From the NCBI GenBank assembly GCA_029932385.1, contig JAOZQE010000005.1:1-41721 (forward strand): a stretch of 41,721 bases of DNA, given 5' to 3'. The notes beneath the pieces are model-generated. The model was not told the DNA's origin. It saw nothing but the letters and a program-made list of their open reading frames with translations, and searched no databases. The position numbers and the translations under genes are program-made. Origin of the DNA: a bacterium (lineage in GTDB: Bacteria; Desulfobacterota; Anaeroferrophillalia; Anaeroferrophillales; Tharpellaceae). Below, piece by piece: positions 10,316 through 20,148 of the stretch (its first letter is position 1; each line of letters begins with the position of its first letter).

Positions 10316-11311
10316 ATGATGCCGAAGCTTAATCTGACTCATGATTATTATACCGGTGAATATCCGAGTCTGCTTTGGGAGATGACAATCTGTCAGAGCT
10401 TAGGAGACGGTCACGGAACGTTCGCCAAGGCTCTGGAGAAACCAGCAGCCTATGGGGCTCTGGTCGCTGGATTTCTACTGGCGGAAACCTCTCTCTCATC
10501 TGACTGCCGGAGAGTAATTGAGATTGGCGGTGGCTACGGAACCCTGATGGCGGCCCTGCTGACGATTTTACAGCCGCAGCAGATCGATATGATTGATATC
10601 TCGCCGGCACTGCTGCAAAAACAGCAGGAACGGCTTAGTCAATTACCAATATCATTTCACTGCAGCGACCTTTTCAAATGGCTTCCGACCCTGAAACAGG
10701 AGAGCGTTGATCTGCTGATTATAAATGAGATTATCGGTGATTTTCCGACAATAACCGGGCTCACCAAAGCGGCTCTGGCGGAGGCTCTTAAACCACCACC
10801 GGCGGCACCGGATTCGAGCTTGAACCCGGCAACCCTAAATGATAATGACTTACTGCGAGAGGCCGGCCGCCTGATTAAGACTTACAATCTAAATCTTGAT
10901 GATCTACCCGAAACCTTCAATCTGAATTACGGCACCCTGCTCTTTATCGAACGTCTGGCAGAAACCGGAATTAAGCGAACCTTTATCACTGAACACGGCT
11001 GCGATACATATCTTCCCTATCCCTTCTCCCTCTTTCCCGCAATCCAGCCGCCAACCGACCGGAACCCGCGCCAGATTAAACTTAAAGATCACGATGAGTA
11101 CAACATCCGTTTTGACTATCTGGAGCAGGTTGCGAAAAAATTATCTTTTAAGGTCAAACGTTTCCACCTGATGGATCTGCTTAAAGTAAGATTTGACGAC
11201 GAGATCAACTATCTTTTGAGCTCGCAAAAGCCGGTGAGTGAAGAGCAGGAGATTTTCTTGGAATTTTATGAACATGTGGCTGAATATCAAGGGATTATTT
11301 TAGAACAATAA
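10316..11311 (+). CDS. Class I SAM-dependent methyltransferase
   Basis: Motif I VIEIGGGYG, acidic IDIS, and NEIIGDFP (MidA/NDUFAF7-like). The start is uncertain (10298/10316/10319). Confidence 0.75.
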   Translation: MMPKLNLTHDYYTGEYPSLLWEMTICQSLGDGHGTFAKALEKPAAYGALVAGFLLAETSLSSDCRRVIEIGGGYGTLMAALLTILQPQQIDMIDISPALLQKQQERLSQLPISFHCSDLFKWLPTLKQESVDLLIINEIIGDFPTITGLTKAALAEALKPPPAAPDSSLNPATLNDNDLLREAGRLIKTYNLNLDDLPETFNLNYGTLLFIERLAETGIKRTFITEHGCDTYLPYPFSLFPAIQPPTDRNPRQIKLKDHDEYNIRFDYLEQVAKKLSFKVKRFHLMDLLKVRFDDEINYLLSSQKPVSEEQEIFLEFYEHVAEYQGIILEQ

Positions 11312-11314
11312 AAA

Positions 11315-11386
11315 AGCTATAAGCTATAAGCCGTAAGCTTTAAGGCTTACCAACTTACAACTTATAGCTTATGACTTACAGCTTAC
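11315..11386. repeat. Degenerate heptamer repeats in inverted arrangement between convergent genes
   Basis: AAGCTAT AAGCTAT AAGCCGT AAGC..., followed by ...TTACAAC TTATAGC TTATGAC TTACAGC TTAC (reverse-complement-like units). Confidence 0.6.
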
Positions 11387-11398
11387 TTCCGCTTAAAA

Positions 11399-13306
11399 CT
11401 ACTTGCGCGCTGTCCCGTAACCGATCTTGACCACAACCTCTTTGATTTCATCTAAAACCGTAGGGTCGTCAATGGTTGACGGCATCCGATAATCTTCATT
11501 ATCAGCGATTTTGCGCATGGTACCCCGAAGAATTTTGCCGGAGCGGGTTTTAGGCAGGCGCGGCACTTCGGCCGCAACCTTGAAACTGGCCACCGGCCCA
11601 ATCTGATCGCGCACCATCTGGACACACTCTTTGGCGATATCTTCAGAAGATTTTGTGACCCCGGCCTTAAGCACAAAGAAACCGACCGGAACCTGACCTT
11701 TAAGATTATCTTCGACCCCTAAAACAGCGCATTCGGCGACATCCGGATGAGTCGCAACGATCTCCTCCATACCGCCGGTTGAAAGACGATGACCGGCAAC
11801 GTTGATAACATCATCAACCCGGCCCATAATATAGATGTAACCATCTTCATCGATGTATCCGCCGTCACCGGTAAAGTAGTAACCGGGATAAACGCTGACA
11901 TAGGATTCAACATAACGTTGATCCTGCTCCCACAAGGTCGGTAGACAACCCGGCGGCAGGGGCAGTTTAATCGTCACAATCCCCTCTTCGTTCGGACCCA
12001 TCTCTTTGCCGTCATTATCAAGGATCTTGACATCAAAACCCGGCACGGCTTTAGTTGGCGAACCCGGTTTAATCGGAAATGGCTCAATACCTAAACAGTT
12101 TGCAGCAATCGCCCAACCGGTTTCGGTCTGCCACCAGTGATCGATAACCGGAATGCCCAAAAGATCCGAGGCCCAATGGTAGGTATCGGGATCAAGACGC
12201 TCACCCGCTAAAAAGAGATACTTAAAACAGGAAACATCATATTTTTTGAGGAATTCACCATTGGGGTCCTCTTTTTTGATCGCCCGGAACGCAGTCGGGG
12301 CGGTAAAAAGAACCTTGACCTGATGTTCGGAGATTACCCGCCAGAAGGCCCCGGCATCGGGAGTACCGACCGGTTTGCCTTCATATAATATTGTGGTGCA
12401 GCCTAAAAAGAGAGGGGCGTAAACGATATAGGAGTGTCCTACGACCCAACCGACATCCGATGCCGCCCAATAGACATCACCCGGTTCAACATTATAAACC
12501 TGGCGCATGCTCTGCTTTAAAGCAACCACATGACCGCCGTTATCACGCACGACTCCTTTGGGAATCCCGGTGGTTCCTGAAGTGTAGAGAATATAGAGAG
12601 GATCAGTGGCGGCCACGGTCGTACAGCCGACCGGTTCGGCCGCATCATAAAGTTCCATCCAGTCAAAATCACGACCAGCAATCAACTCGGACTTAACCTG
12701 TGGGCGCTGGTAGATAATACATTTTTCAGGTTTTACCTCGGCCAGTTCAATCGCCTTGTCGAGCAGTGGTTTGTAAGGCAGAACCTTGGTTGCCCCTTCC
12801 AGGCCGCAGGAGGCCGAGATCATCAATTTCGGTTTTGCATCATTAATCCTGACCGCCAGTTCATTCGGGGCAAAACCACCGAAAACAACTGAATGCACCG
12901 CCCCGATCCGGGCGCAGGCGAGCATTGCAATCGCGGTTTCGGGAATCATCGGCATATAAATAATCGCCGTATCCCCTTTGCCAAGACCCTGGCCAACCAG
13001 AACCCCGGCAAACCGGGAGACCTGATCTAAAAGTTCGTTATAAGTTATCTTGCGTACCGTATTGGTCTGCGGGCTATCATAGATAATCGCGACCTGGTCG
13101 GCACGACCGTTTTCAACATGATAATCGATCGCATTGTAACAGGTATTGAGTTCGCCGCCGGTAAACCAACTATAAAAATTGGGGGCCCGGGAATCATCAA
13201 GGACTTTATCCCACTTTTTAACCCACTGCACATCTTCTGCTGCAGCCGCCCAATACTCATCCGGAGATTCCATTGACTGTTGATACAGATCTTCATACTT
13301 TCCCAT
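11399..13306 (-). CDS. prpE: Propionyl-CoA synthetase (acyl-CoA synthetase short-chain family)
   Basis: YILYTSGTTGIPKGVVRDNGGH, AASDVGWVVGHSY, LAGERLDP, DHWWQTETG and LPKTRSGK. The GERLD/DHWW variants are PrpE-like rather than Acs-like. Confidence 0.85.
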   Translation of the reverse strand: MGKYEDLYQQSMESPDEYWAAAAEDVQWVKKWDKVLDDSRAPNFYSWFTGGELNTCYNAIDYHVENGRADQVAIIYDSPQTNTVRKITYNELLDQVSRFAGVLVGQGLGKGDTAIIYMPMIPETAIAMLACARIGAVHSVVFGGFAPNELAVRINDAKPKLMISASCGLEGATKVLPYKPLLDKAIELAEVKPEKCIIYQRPQVKSELIAGRDFDWMELYDAAEPVGCTTVAATDPLYILYTSGTTGIPKGVVRDNGGHVVALKQSMRQVYNVEPGDVYWAASDVGWVVGHSYIVYAPLFLGCTTILYEGKPVGTPDAGAFWRVISEHQVKVLFTAPTAFRAIKKEDPNGEFLKKYDVSCFKYLFLAGERLDPDTYHWASDLLGIPVIDHWWQTETGWAIAANCLGIEPFPIKPGSPTKAVPGFDVKILDNDGKEMGPNEEGIVTIKLPLPPGCLPTLWEQDQRYVESYVSVYPGYYFTGDGGYIDEDGYIYIMGRVDDVINVAGHRLSTGGMEEIVATHPDVAECAVLGVEDNLKGQVPVGFFVLKAGVTKSSEDIAKECVQMVRDQIGPVASFKVAAEVPRLPKTRSGKILRGTMRKIADNEDYRMPSTIDDPTVLDEIKEVVVKIGYGTARK

Positions 13307-13488
13307 CTAACTTCCCCCTTATGATACAGTTATTATCACCCATTCAGAGAACCTAAAACAGCTCACTCAACACCACGAAAAGCGAGCTATAAGCCAACCA
13401 TGCCTATTTGCGAAAAATAGCGCATAGTCGAGCCGAATAAAATAACGGTTTACAACTAAACTATAAGGAAAAAGAAGTCAAGAGCAAT

Positions 13489-13498
13489 TTGTATACAA
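13489..13498. promoter_or_regulatory. Palindromic operator candidate TTGTATACAA (GntR/FadR-type)
   Basis: A perfect 10-bp palindrome in the prpE/acs divergent intergenic region that resembles GntR-family TGTATACA boxes. Confidence 0.45.
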
Positions 13499-13677
13499 TA
13501 TCGTATGGCAGCGGCCGTATACAGCCCCGCTATTAACCCTCTTTCTCTGTTTACGTTAACTGGCAATAAACTTTCAAAGAGCAATTCAGATAAAAATTCC
13601 TACCTTAAAAAAATCACTTTTAAACACCGAAACAGACCCTGAAAAAGATCCTCAATATTCTCCGTAACACTTTTTTC

Positions 13678-13706
13678 TTGACATTTTTATAACGCTCTTA
13701 TAAGGT
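13678..13706 (+). promoter_or_regulatory. Sigma70-type promoter for acs
   Basis: TTGACA (13678-13683), 17 nt, TAAGGT (13701-13706). Confidence 0.5.
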
Positions 13707-13896
13707 CATGGTTCTTGCATAACAAGCATATACATCGACTTATAGGAACGGTTGGGATCCGGACTTTGGTCGACTATATTTTGTATGCACTTTGTAGTCG
13801 CAACCTTTCTCCAGCTTGATCTTAAGCTTGTTGCTGAGATAAGAGAGAGATAAGGTTACAAACCTTAAACCATTCATTTCGCAGGAGGATTTTTCA

Positions 13897-15873
<1,977 letters not shown>

Positions 15874-15912
15874 TTTCTAAATTAGCAGTTGACCTGCAAA
15901 CCGCTTCAAGCT

Positions 15913-15951
15913 AAAAGGGGCGAGCCTGAAAAAAGGTTCGCCCCTTTTTTT
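15913..15951 (+). terminator. Rho-independent terminator after acs
   Basis: AAAAGGGGCGAGCCT-GAAAA-AGGTTCGCCCCTTTTTTT. Confidence 0.88.
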
Positions 15952-16063
15952 ATTGACTGTTTTTTTATTGACTGGAAGATGAATCCTGGAGCAGGACAAG
16001 ATAAGCTCCAACAGCAAACTTTATGGCTCTCACCTAAAGCCGCAAACCACCAAGGTTCTGAAA

Positions 16064-17038
16064 ATGAAAATCGGCATCACTTCAACAATTCCGGTCGAGA
16101 TTGTTTATGCCGCAGGACATACTCCCTGCGACCTTAACAATATTTTCATCTCGGCCAACAATCCTGAACAGCTTATCCGCCGAGCTGAAAATGCCGGTTT
16201 CCCGCGGACGACCTGTGCCTGGATCAAAGGAATTTACGGAGTTCTTTTAGAAGAGAAAATTGACACAGTAATCATCGTCAGTGGCGGTGATTGTAGCAAC
16301 TCGATCGCTTTGGGAGAAGTTTTAGTCGATGATGGCAAGCACATCATTCCCTTCAGCTACCCTCTGCAACCGGATGTTGCCGAGATGGAGATGGCCATAA
16401 CAAAACTCACGCAGGAACTCGGCGCTGACCCCAGCCGGACCTACAACTGCAAAGAGCAACTTGATCCCATCCGCACAAAACTTGCGGAACTTGACCGGCT
16501 CACCTGGCAGGAGAACCGGGTCACCGGTGCTGAAAATCTGCTGTATCTGGTAAGCTCAAGTGATTTCAATGGTAATCCGAAACAATTTTCCCAGCAACTT
16601 AATCAATTTATCGATCAGGCTTCGGCGAGAGAACCCCTGCAGCGGAAAATCCGCCTCGGCCTGGCCGGAGTTCCACCGATTTTAAGTAATATTTTCAACG
16701 TCATTGATAATCTTGATGCAACCGTCGTTTTTAATGAAGTACCGCGTCAGTTTGCCCTGCCCTGGGCCGCCAGAAGCTCACTTGCGGAACAGTATACTCG
16801 CTACACCTATCCCTATCAGGTCGAGCGCCGCCTCGAAGACATTGAAAAAGCCTGTAAAGAGCGACAGCTTGATGGCCTGATCCACTACACCCAGTCCTTC
16901 TGCTTCCGCCAGATAGAGGATATTCTCTTTAAGCGCAGGCTTAAAATTCCGACCCTGACCCTTGAAGCGGACCAGCCCGGATTAGTCGACGGCCGCACCC
17001 TGACCCGGATTGAGACCTTCATTGAAATGCTGGCCTAG
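16064..17038 (+). CDS. 2-hydroxyacyl-CoA dehydratase family protein (HgdA/B, subunit D-like)
   Basis: IPVEIVYAAG, GFPRTTCAWIKG, GGDCSN, DGLIHYTQSFCFR and TRIETFIEML, with three conserved Cys for a [4Fe-4S] cluster. Confidence 0.82.
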   Translation: MKIGITSTIPVEIVYAAGHTPCDLNNIFISANNPEQLIRRAENAGFPRTTCAWIKGIYGVLLEEKIDTVIIVSGGDCSNSIALGEVLVDDGKHIIPFSYPLQPDVAEMEMAITKLTQELGADPSRTYNCKEQLDPIRTKLAELDRLTWQENRVTGAENLLYLVSSSDFNGNPKQFSQQLNQFIDQASAREPLQRKIRLGLAGVPPILSNIFNVIDNLDATVVFNEVPRQFALPWAARSSLAEQYTRYTYPYQVERRLEDIEKACKERQLDGLIHYTQSFCFRQIEDILFKRRLKIPTLTLEADQPGLVDGRTLTRIETFIEMLA

Positions 17039-17177
17039 AGCTTATATTATGCCTCATTATTAGAGATTGTTTTCAATCCCGGCCTATGTTAATTTAAATT
17101 GTATAAGGGTAATTTTCTTCTACATTAACATAAATCCACAGCCGTCAGTCTCCGAACCACAAAAAAAGGTATTCCAG

Positions 17178-17867
17178 TTGGCGAAGTCAAAAAATGTCAG
17201 TACCAAAAAAAAGCAACCGGCAAAGAAGAAGAGCAGCCGGAAAAAACAACCTCAATCCCTGCTCCCGGCCCTGCTTTTTCTGGGGCTGGCCGCCGGCTTG
17301 ATTGCCGTATTATATCTCTTTTTCGGCCACTGCCCGCCGCCAGAAAAACCGACTTATCAGAAAAAAATATCCTCACAATCTGGCGCAAAAAAACTGACTC
17401 CAAAAAAACCGGTTGCTGGAATCAAGAAAAAATCAAGCCCCGATTCAACCGCTCCAACCACAACCGAGTCGTCACATTTAACAATCTATCGACTATCACC
17501 TGATTTCAGCCAAACTTTAAGCACTACCATACCCTGCAATCCTGATTTAACCAGAACCGAAAAAGCCCGCCGGATCATCCATTATCTGACTCTGCCGGGA
17601 GAACGTGATCAACCACCGCTACCCCGGGCAACCCGGTTGCGGACAGCTTCATTCAAGGCTCCGCTTATAACCATAGATCTCTCCGGCGATGTGCGCAAAG
17701 ACCTGATTAATTCAGGAGCCAATGACGAAATGCTGACCGTTGCCTGCCTGACCCACAGCCTGCTGGCAAGCTTTCCCGGATTTAATACTCTCCAGATTTT
17801 AATTGACGGAGAAAAACAGAAAACCCTTGCCGGACATATTGATATTTCAAGCCCTTTAGGATATTAA
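17178..17867 (+). CDS. Membrane-anchored GerMN-domain protein
   Basis: Lys-rich N-terminus, one TM helix, then LPRATRL..IDLS..E.LTV..L...L..LQILIDG...TLAGHIDISSP. The likely start is TTG 17178. Confidence 0.75.
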   Translation: MAKSKNVSTKKKQPAKKKSSRKKQPQSLLPALLFLGLAAGLIAVLYLFFGHCPPPEKPTYQKKISSQSGAKKLTPKKPVAGIKKKSSPDSTAPTTTESSHLTIYRLSPDFSQTLSTTIPCNPDLTRTEKARRIIHYLTLPGERDQPPLPRATRLRTASFKAPLITIDLSGDVRKDLINSGANDEMLTVACLTHSLLASFPGFNTLQILIDGEKQKTLAGHIDISSPLGY

Positions 17868-17924
17868 CTGCCGAGTAGACCAACTAAATCAACCCCTTAA
17901 AACAACGCTTAATTTTTGATTTAA

Positions 17925-17971
17925 AAATAAAAAAGGTGACTCACTACCGTTTTTCATAATGAGTCACCTTT
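17925..17971 (-). terminator. Terminator closing the minus-strand cluster (possibly bidirectional)
   Basis: Inverted repeat AAAGGTGACTCA (17932-17943) / TGAGTCACCTTT (17960-17971), followed by a T-run on the - strand, between convergent genes. Confidence 0.75.
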
Positions 17972-17997
17972 ATGCTGCTATTTTTTTACCGCGGCTT

Positions 17998-18699
17998 CTA
18001 CTTCTTCAATACCCGCCATGAACGTCGGCCTGATTTTGCCTCATAAATCCAGAAATTACCACTCGCCGTCCACAATTGCCGCAGCAATAACTCAGGCTGA
18101 CTCTGATTACTGCTACCTCTGGTTATTTCAACCAGGTAGAGATTAGCTGATGCGGACAAACCAGGCTGTAAATCAGGCCGAATCATACCTTCAGAGACAG
18201 CCTCGCTCCGGCTTATCTGGCGATCCTGAATAGTCAGATAAGACGCAAAACGGGCCGTGCCGACCTGCTCATAAGTAACAAATTCACGTTTTGTAGTTCC
18301 ATATACGAATGGCAGCGGCCGATTGAGCCAATCGCCAGGGATAATCGTATCGCTTAAAAGTACCGGCTTAGCCGAATCATACTGATTGGCACTACAAATT
18401 TCCTCATCATTAACCCAACGAAAACAGTCGGCCTGCTCCAAAGCCCAAACCGGGCTGAAATAGAACTCGGCCCGACAACCAACCTTCTGATCGCGATCCT
18501 CAACCGCAAATAAAAACCCATCCGCCCCGAGATTTTGCTGATTAAACCGCCAATGCACATTATTAACGGAACGACCCGGAACCAGGCTCTGATACTCAGA
18601 AACAATCGCATAGGAAAATTCGTTTTCGGCTTTTACAGCGGTAACATGCAATAATGGTATCAGCAATAAAATAAACAGAAAATAAAAATATCGCTTCAT
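17998..18699 (-). CDS. Exported hypothetical protein
   Basis: Sec signal peptide (MKRYFYFLFILLLIPLLHVTAVKA). Its ATG directly abuts the stop of the selenoprotein gene. Confidence 0.7.
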   Translation of the reverse strand: MKRYFYFLFILLLIPLLHVTAVKAENEFSYAIVSEYQSLVPGRSVNNVHWRFNQQNLGADGFLFAVEDRDQKVGCRAEFYFSPVWALEQADCFRWVNDEEICSANQYDSAKPVLLSDTIIPGDWLNRPLPFVYGTTKREFVTYEQVGTARFASYLTIQDRQISRSEAVSEGMIRPDLQPGLSASANLYLVEITRGSSNQSQPELLLRQLWTASGNFWIYEAKSGRRSWRVLKK

Positions 18700-20097
18700 T
18701 TATTTACTCTTCCCCGGCAAATCTTTACCGTGATTGACAATGGTCAAATCATGCTGATATGAAAAATCAGGATCGGTATCGTGGTTATGGCAATTGCGGC
18801 AACCCTTTTCGCTGACCGGAGTCATTCTCACCTCAGATGGAGCCTGGGCATGCTTACCTCCGGGACCATGGCACACTTCACACTGCACATTGGCCATCTT
18901 TGCGTTAACCTCCATCGAGACAAAGCCACCGACTGCATTCCTGTTAACCATTCCCGTAACATGACACACCAAACACTCAGGGTCATTTGCCTTGTTCTTT
19001 TTCTCAAGTGTATTAATGGCTCTGGCATGACGGGTTTTCTGCCAATTTTCAACAATTGACTGATGACAACTACCACACCAGTTACTGCCTAAATAGATAT
19101 TCACAGGCTTACGATTTTTCATGATTTTACGTTCTCGACGTTCACGCTTGGCCTTAATAATATCACGACGTTCTTTCCCATATTTCTCCACCAGAGCTTC
19201 CACCTGAGGGTCAGGTGTAACCTTTTCAGACACAACCCGGGTCAATACGGGTTGATCTACACTGAAACCTGCATCCTGACCGGCTCTTACGATATCAATA
19301 TAGGTAATATATTTGCCGCCAAAATTGCTGACAACAACTGGCTTGCCGGCAATAATTCTGGTTTTATTGTCGACCTTACCGGTCTCCCCATCGATAATCA
19401 GATCAGCATCCTTACCACAACCCGTGATAATTTCATGAATACGTTCGCCCTGGGCATGAACAATCAGAATAAAAATATCGTGTTTTATATTATTTTTAAT
19501 TCTGTTTACAGCTTTGATCGGGTCAGAAGCAACCACATCTTTAACCTCGAATAGATCCAGTAATTGTGGATCAATCACTGAAGTAACCAGGACCTTAAGT
19601 TTTCCGGAGTCTTTATTAAAACGTAGAAAAGGGACAAAATCTTCAACATTGGCACAAACCAGATCAGTTGCCGCCCGGTCAGCTACTTTATGAACCGTAT
19701 GCATATCCAACTTTGCATCCCAAGCTCCAAAACCGATAAGATCAAATTTATTGTAATCCATTGCGGCCATAATATACTTGAAATCAGTCTTGGCTAAAAA
19801 AGAATTATAATTCGCAATATTCCCGGCATTGATCATTATCGTCCGATCGAGGTCAGATTGTTGTAAAACTTGGCTAATAACCGTTGTACAGCGGGATAGA
19901 CCTCCCGCCTGATTACCGTGTCAACCACAGGGGGCGATATTGCCCTTGATGCCCCCGTAATAGAGAACTCGTAGCACACCATCGTCAGCCAACGGAGCAA
20001 CATTTGTCTTAAAAGCGGCACTGGCAATGGTTACTGACAGCAACAGAAAACAGCCTACCACTGCGATCTTGAAAAATCTCCATCCACATTTATTCAT
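18700..20097 (-). CDS. UshA-like selenoprotein fused to tetraheme cytochrome c (c554-like); UGA at 19921-19923 read as Sec; 465 aa
   Basis: ATG 20097 with GGAGA 8 nt upstream gives a signal peptide and ..IKGNIAPCG[TGA]HGNQAGGLSR.., in frame with the 18700..19836 ORF. A SECIS-like hairpin follows the UGA. Heme motifs are CGSCH, CLVCH, CEVCH and CRNCH. Confidence 0.88.
19889..19911 (-). promoter_or_regulatory. Bacterial SECIS-like hairpin
   Basis: mRNA CAG(G)CGGGA-GGUCUA-UCCCGCUG forms an 8-bp stem with one bulge. The apical loop begins with G, 18 nt after the UGA. Confidence 0.75.
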
Positions 20098-20148
20098 AAG
20101 CTAAGTCTCCGAACTATTTTCAAATTATAAAATTGTATCAAAAATTAT

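Noticed and set aside
11315-11386. CRISPR array or MITE
   Set aside because: The units are 7 bp with no spacers, no cas genes are present, and no clear terminal repeats or target duplication are visible.
19836-20027. 63-aa minus-strand ORF (MPVPLLRQ...) upstream of the cytochrome ORF
   Set aside because: It is an off-frame shadow. The frame from ATG 20097 has an RBS, a signal peptide and the CGU motif, and joins the cytochrome ORF across one UGA.
18700-20097. Pseudogene interpretation of the in-frame TGA
   Set aside because: There is only one interruption, at a Cys-like position, followed by a SECIS-like hairpin, and the rest of the gene is intact.
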